Source: Octopus sinensis (lineage: Eukaryota). Taken from it: a DNA stretch of 64,000 nt. Under the pieces are notes generated by a model. That model was not told the origin of the DNA, made no database searches, and saw nothing but the letters and a program-made list of their open reading frames with translations. Positions 43,292 through 55,900 of this stretch are shown here, one piece after another (the stretch's first letter is position 1; every line of letters begins with the position of its first letter). The stretch is taken from NCBI RefSeq assembly GCF_006345805.1, contig NC_043018.1, positions 5,952,001 to 6,016,000 of the forward strand, in the 5' to 3' direction. The position numbers and the translations under genes were made by a program.

Positions 43292-46200
43292 ACGTTATAT
43301 GGTAGTGAACCATGTGCTACAACAAAGAAAGAAGAACAGAGACTGGAAAAGTCAATGCTTGGAATCTCGTTGAGAGAGCACATCAGCAGCGAGGTCATCA
43401 GAGAGAAGTCCGGCGTGAGGGATGTCATCATAGAATATGCACGCAGCAAGTTTAGATGGGCTGGACACATTGCCCAGCTCACCGATAATTGGTGGCCCCA
43501 CGCAGTTGTCAAGTGGTACCAATGTGATTTTGGTTGTTTTGACTGCTTCTAGCGTGTAAAAATTACCTATTAAAAGTAGTTTTCTCTTTTGTTTAAATGT
43601 ACACTATTTTATACTGAATTTGTTTTGCTATTGACTTTTTATACATGCTAGGCCACTGGTGGTGAAATTTCTAGAAATATTCACTACCCTATATAATTTT
43701 ACGTATATATATATATATATAATATATATATATATAAACATATTTATTGCTCAACAGGCACAATACTTTTCATGTTTCTTCTCTCATTCAATTTTTAGTT
43801 CATTATATGTAGTTTGTGCCTGATGAATATGCTTAATGTGTTTCTCAACATATGAAACCATTAGCAGCACATAAAAACATGTATTATGTCTATCAAATAA
43901 TATTTATCTCTCGCCAAATGGAGTACTTTTTTTTCTTGATTTTACTATCACAGAACAGTACATTAGCAGACTCTGCTAAAATGAATTCATAAGCACACAT
44001 ATAACATCCAAATGTACATCTTTTTCCCTCTGATGATATTGTGTCACATTAATGTAAATTTAATGTTTATTTAACATTAACTGAAACAGCTGTAAGGGAA
44101 GATGACTAATTTGCTATTAATAATAAACAATTATTGACTTCCTAATCTCCATTTTCTTTTCTTTTTTTGTTTAAATGAATATAGACTATATGTTTTTATA
44201 TACACCTATTATTTTAAGGAAATTCATTCCCCAAAACGACTAGGTATTGAACCAGTACTTCCTTGGATGAAACCATTCCCTCATGAGGTTTACACATCCT
44301 CTCATTAAATTATATATATATATATATAAACATACATGGCCTAGTGGTGAGGTGTGTTGCATTTATGATCTTGAGACTGCAGTTTTGATTCTGAGACTGA
44401 CTCTGCATTGAGTAAACCACTTAATTCCATGTTGTGTCTAGTCCAATCAGCTGCAAATGGGTAACTCTATGACAGAGTAACCTTCCAATCAAAGGAAATG
44501 TTGGCCTGCTCGCCTAGCCAGTGTGTATGTTGGGGGGGGGGCATCATTTGAAAGTTTAAATGATGCAAAGTGCATTGTGACCAGTGATGTATAACAACAT
44601 TCAATACTCTGGTTGATCACATGGCCTGCTCACCTAGCCAGTGTGTATGTTGGTGGAGGGGGGGCATCATTTGAAAGTTTAAATGATGCAAAGTGCATTG
44701 TGACCAGTGATGTATAACAACATTCAATACTCTGGTTGATCACATGGCCTGCTCACCTAGCCAGTGTGTATGTGGTGGTGGGGGGGGGGGCATCATTTGA
44801 AAGTTTAAATGATGCAAAGTGCATTGTGACCAGTGATGTATAACAACATTCAATACTCTGGTTGATCACATGATATATATATATATATATTGATAAAAAC
44901 GGTAAGATAACAAAAGAAAGAAAGAGACCTCAATGTTATGTAAATAGAGGAATTTATCTGTAAATGTAATATGTGACAATTATTCAATAGCCAAGATAAA
45001 ACTCTGAGTTTCGGATGCCGAGGTGGAAATCCACACCATCATCTCTTCAGTTATCCGGCCAACGGAAAAACGCTATGAAAAAAGACCGTTATACAATAGC
45101 GCTTTTGTCTAAATAGCGGTCTATAACACAGTAATTTCACTTTGTATAGCGGTCTTTTTTCATAGCATTTTTCCGTTGGCCAGATAACTGAAGAGATGAT
45201 GGTGTGGATTTCCACCTCGGCATCCGAAACTCAGAGTTTTATCTTGGCTACCGAATAATTGTCACATATTATATTTACAGATATATATATATATATATAT
45301 ATATATATGCTTATAGACATAGGTATGGCTGTGTAGTTAAAAAGCATGGAAAAGTGAATGTTACAGTGTAAAGATATGTGTGTACATGTATCTGTGCATG
45401 TGTGTGTATATTGTAAATAAAGAACCCCTTCAGTGATGAATGACCATGCGTTTGTACCTAGAAAGTTACTCTCCAAGACAACAGCAGTTGCCCATGCATA
45501 CCAACCTCCCTTCTCCATGCCACCGATGTTGTCCAAGGGAAAGACAAAGGCGATACAACTTGGCACCAGTGGCATCACAACTCGCTTGTACAGCTGAGTG
45601 AACTGGAGCAATGTGAAATAAAGTGTCTTGCTCAAGAACACAACACACAACCCAGGCCGAGAATTGAACTTGATACCTCATGATTGTGAACCCTGTCTCT
45701 AACCATTGTGCTATAGATTATTGTATATTTATATTATATGTGTTTATGTTTCTCTTAGGCACCATCGTCAGGTCGTTGTTGAGTGGCTCGATGACCCGTC
45801 TGAAGAATTAGCTTTTACAGCTTCCATTCTGAGCCTGGATGCTAAAAATTACCATGCCTGGCAACATCGGTAAGGAATCTTGTTTTTATTTTCAACTTGG
45901 AGTTGTTGTGCACTGCCACTTCCATACGGAGTGAGATAGTTAGGCACAGCTGTTTGGACACTGATGGCTTGGCACGGCTGACTGTGGACATTCAGCCTGT
46001 TTTGGCAAACAGTAGGTTTTGGTGTTGGCAGTAAACAGACACACAGAGGCAGAAATGTACATGTACCGACAGTAGGAGGGAGAGGCTGAGAGAGATTACA
46101 ATTCATTTTTTCTCTTTTACTTGTTTCAGTCATTTGACTGCGGCCATGCTGGGGCACCGCCTTTAGTCGAGCAAATCGACCCCAGGACTTATTCTTTGTA

Positions 46201-49200
46201 AGCCTAGTACTTATTCTATCGGTCACTTTTACCGAACCGCTAAGTTACGGAGACGTAAATACACCAGCATCGGTTGTCAAGCAATGCTAGGGGGACAAAC
46301 ACAGACACACAAACATACACACATATATATATATATATACATATATACGACGGGCTTCTTTCAGTTTCCGTCTACCAAATCCACTCACAAGGCTTTGGTC
46401 GGCCCAAGGCTATAGTAGAAGACACTTGCCCAAGATGCCACGCAGTGGGACTGAACCCGGAACCATGTGGTTGGTAAGCAAGCTACTTACCACACAGCCA
46501 CTCCTTTATTGAACAAGATTGACATAAACACTTTCTCCTCTCCTCAGACACATAGAGTGAAATATGCTCACACACATAAACAGAGAGAGACAGGAGGGAG
46601 GGGAATGAAAGATGGGAGAAATAGTAATTACAATTTATTAATTGAAATGACTGACGTAAGCACTTTGTCTCTCCTCAGACACAGAGTCAAATATGCTCCC
46701 TCAAAAACAGAGAAAGGAGAGAGAGGGAGGAAGGTATTACGAGTTATTAACTGTACATGAAAGGTTTTTCTCAAGTGAATTGACACCAGTGCTTACGTTT
46801 TAAGACTGGTACTTAATCTATAAATATTTTTTGGCCAAAGCATTTAGTTACAAGACATAAACAAAGCAACACCAGTTATCAAGCAGTGGTATGGAGGATA
46901 AATACACACACACATATACATATATCATCATCTTTTAAAGTCCACCTATCCATGCTGGCATGGGTTGGATGGTTTGACAGGAGCTGGCCAGGCAGGAGCC
47001 TGCACTAGGCTTTTGTGTCTGTTCTGGCAGGGTTTTCATGGCTGGATGCCCTTCCTAACACGAACCACCACACAGAGAAGACTGAGTGCTTTTTACATGA
47101 CACCAGCACAGGCGAGGTCAGTTTTGACATGGTTTTTACCACTGGATAGTGGAGGCACATGGCCTAGTGGTTAGAGCAGTGGAATCGCGGTCAAGGGATC
47201 GCGGGTTCGAATCTCAGACCGGGCGATGTGTGTGTTTATGAGCAAAAACACCTAAGCTCCACGCGGCTCCAGCAGAAGGTAATGGCGAACTTCTGATGAC
47301 TCTTTCGCCACAACTTTCTCTCACTCTTTCCTCCTACATCTTGCAGCTCACCTGCAACGGACTAGGGACCCATCCAGGTGGGGAACCTATACGCCAAGAA
47401 ACCGGGAAACCGGCCCTTATGAGCCAGGCATGGCTCGAGAAGGAATAGAATAAAAATTTAAAAATTTTACCACTGGATGCCCTTCCAAATGCCTGCTGTT
47501 ACACAGTGTAGACTGGATGCTTTTGTTGTGGCACCAGCACCAGCAGGGTTACCAAGTAACTTTGCAAAACGAGGAATCTTTGAGAAGGAAAGGGGCATTG
47601 GAGGAGGTGATCTTGTATCAGATGATGAAATGTTAGAGTGTGACAGAGGGGCAGAAACAGGTGTCTTGCTATTGAGGAGGTACATGGTTACCCGCCCGTG
47701 CTGTCTCACTCTTTTCTCCATTCTCTTATTCTGTCCATTTCAGACAATGGGTGCTAAAGAAGTATTCTCTATGGGATCATGAGCTGGACTATGTGGACAA
47801 ACTCTTAAAGGAGGATCTTCGGAACAACTCAGCATGGAACCAACGCTATTTTGTCATCAACAATACAAAAACATTCAATGAGAAAGTAATTGAAGAGGAA
47901 ATACAGTAAGTACCATGTCTACCGAATTTTCTGTCTTGCTGTCTATATCTCTATTGCAGTGTCTCTGTCTGTGTGTCTTGCTCTTCTTGTATACCACTCT
48001 GTCTGTCTACCTGTCTATTTATTTAACTATATCTATTCATTTGTGTTTCTAGTTTACTATTTACTCTCTTTTTACTCTTTTACTTGTTTCAGTCATTTGA
48101 CTGCGGCCATGCTGGAGCACCGCCTTTAGTCGAGCAAATCGACCCCGGGACTTATTCTTTGTAAGCCCAGTACTTATTCTATCGGTCTCTTTTGCCGAAC
48201 CGCCAAGTGACGGGGACGTAAACACACCAGCATCGGTTGTCAAGCAATGCTAGGGGGACAAACACATACATATATATATACATGTATATGACAGGCTTCT
48301 TTCAGTTTCCGTCTACCAAATCCACTCACAAGGCATTGGTCGGCCCGGGGCTATAGCAGAAGACACGCAGTGGGACTGAACCCGGAACAATATGGTTGGT
48401 TAGCAAGCTACTTACCACACAGCCACTCCTGCGCCAATTTGTATTGGGTTGTCGCCGGTATTTTTTAATTTAAATTTTTTAAAAGGTTTAATAAAAAATA
48501 TCAACTAATTATACAATTCTATATTTAAGAGATGAGGAATTATGTACATTATTTGCAATTGACGGATATTTGTCCTCATCTTGTTTGTTGTTAACGCAAC
48601 ATTTTGGCTGATATACCTTCCAGTCATCATCAGGTATCTTGGAGAAATTCTGAATCTGGGTTCTCATTCCTAAGGTATTTTTCAACGACGACGATGGTGA
48701 TGGTGATGATGATGATGATGATGATGTTTAGATCAATGCCTGGAATCGAACAGGGAATCTTGGGGTTAAGAGCGTGGGCTACTAACCCCAAGATTCCGAG
48801 TTCGATTCCAGGCAGTGATCTGAATAAAAATAACAACATAAAAAAAAACCCAGGTTCACAATTTCCCCAAGACACCTGATGAAGACTGGAGGATATATCA
48901 GCCAAAACATTGTGTTAACAACAAACAAGATGAGGACAAATATCCGTCAATTGTAAATAATGTAAATAATGAACAACTAATTAATCAATAATGTATTCAC
49001 TCTTGTTGTTTACAACTTCTTCCCAACGTTCAACAGGATTTTCAATACCTTGTTGGTAGAAATCACTCGATTTCAACTCGAAAAATTGATCCAACCAAGC
49101 TCTGAATTCTGCATCAGTATTGAACAAAATTTCGCGCATAGCATTTGAAAGAGATCGAAAGAGGTGGAACTCCGTTGGTGCCAAATCAGGAGAGTACGGC

Positions 49201-52200
49201 AGGTGTGGCAGCACTTCCCAGCCATGCGTTTGAATGGCATCCTTGGTCATATTGGCAATATGAGGGCGGGTGTTGTGCAGCAGAAGAACTCCATGCTGCC
49301 AATTAGGTCTTTTCTCTGGAATAGCCGTGTTGAGTCATTCCATCTGTTAAACATAGAGTTCCATGTTGACCGTTTGGTTCCATTCAAGCAATTCGTAATG
49401 GCTGAGCACTCCACAGACATGTCTACCCTTAATGTAGTTCTCAAGGAGATTCAGTATGACACAGAGTGTGACAAGGCTGGCCCTTTTGAAATACAGGTAC
49501 AACAGAAACAAGAAGAAAGAGTGAGAGAAAGTTGTGGGCTGAAACACAAACCTGGGAACAAATGAACAACCCAGGTTCAAATCTTGCTGGAGACAGGATT
49601 CTGGAAAGCAGGACACCTGGGTAGGCCCTTCTCTCATAGAGTGTCAGGAAGAAGGGCCAGAACACTTGCCAAATGGGAGCTCTTCCTCTGAAGATCTCTC
49701 CTGCTGTGCACTGACCTTGTGATGAGTTTCTGTTGTATGTGTGTAACTGATATAATACATTCTATTTTACAGATATGCAATACAATACATCCGGCAAGCC
49801 CCACATAATGAGAGTTCTTGGAATTATGTTAAAGGGTAAGTGCTTCTATACTATTATTTCATCAACACTAGGGTACTCTCAGTACACACAGTGTACCCTA
49901 TTTTCCTCATACAGAGCAAAAGGCTTACATCTATTCTTGCTTATCATGAGCATTTGGTCAAAAAAAAACATGAAGTATGCAGTAAATGGAACTGGTGAAA
50001 ATGAACGATAGAACATGGAGGAATAATAGGTTTTGTTTCTGAGACACCAAGTCGTCCTTGAGCATTGTGAATGGTCACTGGGGCATGCCTCTGCAGGCCA
50101 AGCAGAATTTGTGGATGATTGCTGGCCCGTGTCACGACAGGCCAGTTTGTGATAAGCGTAACATGGTTTAATGAGCATACTGTGTGAAGGCGCATGGCTC
50201 AGTGGTTAGAGCGTCAAGCTTACGATCGTGAGGTTGTGAGCTCGAATCCTGGACTGGGCTGCATGTTGTGTTCTTGAGCAAGACATTTTATTTCACGTTG
50301 CTCCAGTTAACTCACCTGTAGAAATGAGTTGCGATGTCACAAGTACCAAGCTGTATCGGCCTTTGCCTTTCCCTTGGATAACATCAGTGCTATGGAGAGG
50401 GAGGCTGGTATGTATGGGTGACTACTAGTCTTCCATAAGCCACCTTGCCCAGACTTGCGACTAGGAAGGTAACTTTCTAGATGCAATCCCATGGTCAGTG
50501 TCGTGACCGAAGGGGGTCCCGACCCGACCCGTTGTTGCAGATCAGCGATAAATAAATGAATTAGTGATAAATGAAAGCAAATGTATTCCTGGAGACACAA
50601 ACACACACACACACGTGCAGCAGGCTTCTTTCAGTTTCTGTGTCCAAATTCACTCACAAGGTTTTGATTGGTTCGAAACTACAGCCGAAGACACTTTGCC
50701 CAAAGTGACACACAGTGGGACTGAACCCAGAACCATGCTGTTGGAATGCAACCTTCTTAACCACACAGCCACGTCTGCATCTAGAAAAACAATTGCTAAA
50801 TATCCAGCGCTGCCTTGACTGGCTTCCATGCCGGTGGCATGTAAAACGCACCAACCAATTGTGGCCGTTGCCAGCCTCGCCTGGTACCTGTGCCGGTGAC
50901 ATGTAAAAAGCAGCAACCAATCGTGGCCATTACCAGCCTCGCCTGACACGTAAAAAGCACCAACTGATCATGGCTGTTACCAACCTCGCCTGGCACCTGT
51001 GCCGGTGGCAAGTAAAAAGCACCAACCGATCATGGCCATTGCCAGCCTCGGCTGGCACCTGTGCCGGTGGCAAGTAAAAAGCACCAACCGATCGTGGCCA
51101 TTGCCAGCTTCGCCTGGCCCTCGTGCCGGTGGCACATAAAAAGCACCAACCGATCGTGGCCGTTGCCAGCGTCGCCTGGCACGTAAATAGCACCCACTAC
51201 ACTCACGGAGTGGTTGGCGTTAGGAATGGCATCCAGCTGTAGAAACACTGCCAGATCAGACTGGAGCCTTGGTGCAGCCCCTCTGGCTTCCCAGACCCCG
51301 GTCGAACCGTCCAACCCATGCTAGCATGAAAAACGGACGTTAACTCTTCAGCATTCAAACTGGCCATATCCGGCCAAAATATTCCCCCAGTTTTATATTG
51401 AAACTGAGCAGATCAGGCCTCTCACACCTACCCTACGATGTCATTTTAAAACTAAACAATTACATTAGTGAAATCTCTAAACTACAAGATGATGGATGAT
51501 TAATTCAGCACAATATAAATAAACAAGCATCATTTTTGCCAGAATAATCTGAATACTAAAGGGTTAAACGATGATGAAGATGATGATGATGATTTCCTTT
51601 CTTGTCTCCTCTTGATTTCCATTGTAGGATCCTAATACCAAACGGTTTACACAATTACCCCCAACTGTTGGATTTCTGTCTGGAACTCTTAGACAACCAC
51701 ATCACCTCCCCGCATCTGTTAGCATGTTTAGTGGATATCTATGAGAGCAAGTTAGAGAAAGATACTGGAAACAAGGAGATTTTGACGAAAGCACTAGAAG
51801 TAAGTACTGGTTTGGTTTTTTCTCTCTTTTATCTTTGTATTTTACGTGTTTCAGTCATTCCACTGTGGCTATGCTGGAGCACCACCTTGAAGGGTTTCAG
51901 TCAAACGAATCAACTCCAGTGTTTATATTTTGTTTTTAAATTTGGTACTTATTTTTATCGGTCTCTTTTTCTGAAATACTAAGTTACAGGGACATAAACA
52001 AACCAGCAGTGGTGGGGCACAAATACATATTTCTTTACTACCCACAAGGGGCTAAACAAAGAGAGGACAAACGGATTAAGTCGATTATGTGGATCCCAGT
52101 GTGTAACTGGTACTTAATTTATCGACCCCGAAAGGATGAAAGGCAAAGTCAACCTCGGCGGAATCTGAACTCAGAACATAACGGTAGACGAAATACTGCT

Positions 52201-52951
52201 AAGCATTTCGCCTGCCGTGCTAACATTTCTGCCAGCTCACCGCCTTTGTGGGGCACAAATACAATCACACACACACATACAAAGGTAAATACTCACTTAG
52301 GTCATGAATGACCATGGAATTGCGCCTCGAAAGCTGCCCTCTGAAGCATGAGTCCAGGCAAGGTTGTTTTTAGAAGACCAGCATACCCGCCTCCCCTCTC
52401 CACACCACCAATGTTATCCAAAGGAGAGGCAAAGGGGCTGATACAGCTTGGCACCAGTGAAATCATTACTCAATTCTACAGCTGAGTGAATTGGAGCAAT
52501 GTGAAATAAAGTGTCTTGCCCAAGAACACAACACACCCCAGGAATCGAACTCACTACCTCATGGTTGTGAGCCCAACACTCTAGCCACTGAGCCATGCAC
52601 CTTCACACATATATACATACGTACATATGTATGTATATATAATAAATAATTAATAGCAACAGAAGCAGTATGGCAAACACTCTTTGCTTGCCTGTTATAT
52701 AAACACAAGTGCTTTAATGCACCACAAGCCTATATGAAAGGCCCTGTCATGGTAAATAACACACTATCCACTTTAAGTGGGTAATGCGTACAGGAGTGGC
52801 AGTGTGGTAAATAGCTTGTTTACCAACCACATGGTTCCGGGTTCAGTCCCACTGCATGGCACCTTGGACAAGTGTCTTCTACTATAGCCTCAGGCTGACC
52901 AAAGCTTTGTGAATGGATTTGATAAACGGAAACTGAAAGAAGCCCGTCGTG

Positions 52952-52994
<43 letters not shown>

Positions 52995-55900
52995 ATGTAT
53001 GTATGTCTGTGTTTGTCCCCGCAACAGCGCTTGACAACCAATGCTGGTGTGTTTACATCCCTGTAACTTAACAGTTTGGCAAAGGACTCTGATAGAATTA
53101 GTCCCGAGATCGATTTGCTCGACTGAAGGCAGTGCCCCAGCATGACCGCAGTCAAATGACTGAACGAAATAAAAGAATGACCAGGACCTCTAGAAATATG
53201 CTGTGCTTGAAAAGACTCAGCAAGCGCAAGTGAGACCATAACCTTGTGGCCTATGCAAGAGGTGTAGCCAGTCCACTTTCCTTCATTGGACACTAAACTC
53301 TGCTTGCAAAGACCTATTGAGGCAAGTGAAATCGAAATCAAATTCGATGAATGGCATTGGTGCTAGTGGAGCGCTAAGAGTACCATACAAGTGAGATCGT
53401 TGCCAGAGCAACAAGCTGGCCTCCATAACGATGGCATGTTTACTGGCACGTGAAAAAAAACATTCGAGCGAAGTCGTTGCCAGTGCCGCTGGACTGGCTC
53501 CTGTGCATGTGGCACATAAAAAGCACCATTTGAACGTGGCCGTTGCCAGTATCACCTAACTGGCCCTCGTGCCGGTGGCACGTAAAAGCACCCACTACAC
53601 TCTCGGAGTGGTTGGCGTTAGGAAGGACATCCAGCTGTAGAAACTCTGTCATCAGATTGGAGTCTGGTGCAGCCATCTGGTTCACAAGTCTTCAGTCAAA
53701 TCAATTAACCCATGCTAGCATGGAAAGCAGACGTTAAACAAATATATGGGAAACTACCACCTGTGTCATCTCTTGTGAAAGGTAGGAGAGTCCAGTTTGC
53801 TGGACATTGTTGTAGAACTGAAAAAGAGGTCATTTCTACTCTTCTCCTCTGGAAGCCATCTACTCGCAATACCAGAGGGCGCACACTCTCCTACCCTGAT
53901 GTAATCTCCAGGGATACAGGCATCCAGCAACAGGACCTCCGTAATGCCATGATGGACCGTGAAGTCTGGCGTAGAGCATGGTAAATTCCATTGTCTCGAC
54001 CACGGTCGAACAATGATGATGATGAGACGTTAAACAATGATGATGATAGATATATGTGTGTGTATTTGTCATGTGTCAGTCCAGAACTATAAAAGACACT
54101 TTCCCAAGATGCCATACAGTGGGACTGAACCCAAAACCATGTGGTTGCCAAGTGTCTTAACCATGCCTGCATTTTTTTTTTTTTTTTACCTTTCCGAAAT
54201 ATGAGAGTGTATAAAAATTAGTTGTATAGGCGCAGGAGTGGCTGTGTGGTAAGTAGCTTGTTAACCAACCACATGGTTCCGGGTTCAGTCCCACTGCATG
54301 GCATCTTGGGCAAGTGTCTTCTGCTATAGCCCCGGGCCGACCAATGCCTTGTGAGTTGATTTGGTAGATGGAAACTGAAAGAAGCCTGTCGTATATATAT
54401 ATATGTGTGTGTCTGTGTTTGTCCCCCTAGCATTGCTTGACAACCGATGCTGGTGTGTTTAATTTGCCGTCACTTCGCGATTCAGCTAAAAAGAAACCGA
54501 TAGAATAAGTACTGGGCTTACAAAGAATAAGTCCTGGGGTCGATTTGCTTGACTAGAAGGCGGTGCTCCAGCATGGCCGCAGTCAAATGACTGAAATAAG
54601 TAAAAGAGAATAAAAGAGAGAATCTGTTGCATTCAAGTTTAACCCTAGGCCTGACCTGTCGTTTGTCGTGATACACAGGACGTTATCTCCTGGTGTCCGT
54701 GCATCTCATGTGATACACAACCCGCATCTTTTCGCTTTGACTGGCAGATTTTTAAAATAATTTCTTTGTAACTAAACACTTTTAAACTTCGTATACTGGT
54801 AGAATCTGTTTATAAAACATCTTTTTCTCTTGGCCTTCTTGAGAAAATTCTGTAGTTTGTAAGCTATTTGTTGTTTAATTTCTTGCATTTCAGCAATTTC
54901 AACCAATCAATGACGTCTATTGAGGTGAATACAATTTCTGCCGTAGCTTGTCAACAACATTTTCTGACGTGTTTTATGTAACACACTACCAGTATACGAA
55001 GTTTAAAAGTGTTTAGTTACAAAGAAATTATTTTTAAAATCTGCCGGTCAAAGCTAAAAGATCCCACAACCCTAGTTTTTTTGCCAATTACCAGAGCAAC
55101 TTTGTACTTATAGAAGGAAAGCTTTATATTGCTCAGAACGTATGAAACAAAGGTTAACTAAAACCTGAAAACATTGACGTTTAGGACGAAGTTATGAAAA
55201 AGCTTTTGACAAACAAAGGGTTAATACTAAATGCCCACCACCCAAGAAAGATTTCTCGCATTTTGTGGGATTTCTTCTACAATAATCACATGCGCTGTTT
55301 TATTCATGGGAAACAACTCGAAAAATCTTGAATGCAGGGGAAATAACTGGTGAATTTGAATTATAATATATTATTATTTTTATTCCCCAACACAGCAATA
55401 GTTTGGCAGAAACGTTAGCATGCCGGGCGAAATACTTAGCGGTATTTCGTCTGCTGCTACGTTCTGAGTTCAAATTCCGCCAAGGTCAACTTTGCCTTTC
55501 ATCCTTCTTGGGTTGATAAATTAAGTACCAGTTACGCACTGGGGTCGATGTAATCAACTTAATCCCTTTGTCTGTCCATGTTTGGCCCCTTGTCGGCAAT
55601 AAAGAAATAAGAAACTGAATGAAGCCTTTCACGAATAGTGGCAGTAGCTACAGAATTGAAGTGCCGGTAAGGATATAAGTTCGATTCCTGGTGGAACACT
55701 GTGTCCTTGACCAAGACATTTTATTTCGTGTTACTCCAGTCCACTCAGTCTTGTGTGAAGGTCATGCATGGTATGACGAGCTTGCAGAAACGTTAGCACG
55801 CCGGGCGAAATGCGTAGTCGTATTTCATCTGCCATTACGTTCTGAGTTCAAATTCTGCCGAGGTCGACTTTGCCTTTCATCTCTTCAGCGTCGATAAATT

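Noticed and set aside
48730-48830. tRNA-like sequence with anticodon-like arm and GTTCGATTCC
   Set aside because: No acceptor stem; it is a SINE head with an inverted partial copy, not a tRNA gene. The same applies to the tRNA-like heads at 47151 and 50188.
50810-51170. CRISPR-like look of the regularly spaced palindromic repeats (also 15917-16600 and 44503-44871)
   Set aside because: No unique spacers, no cas genes, and a eukaryotic context; these are minisatellites or SINE multimers.
51602-51982. 126-aa ORF treated as a standalone gene (also 35216..35515)
   Set aside because: These are FNTA exons 7 and 1 with read-through into introns.
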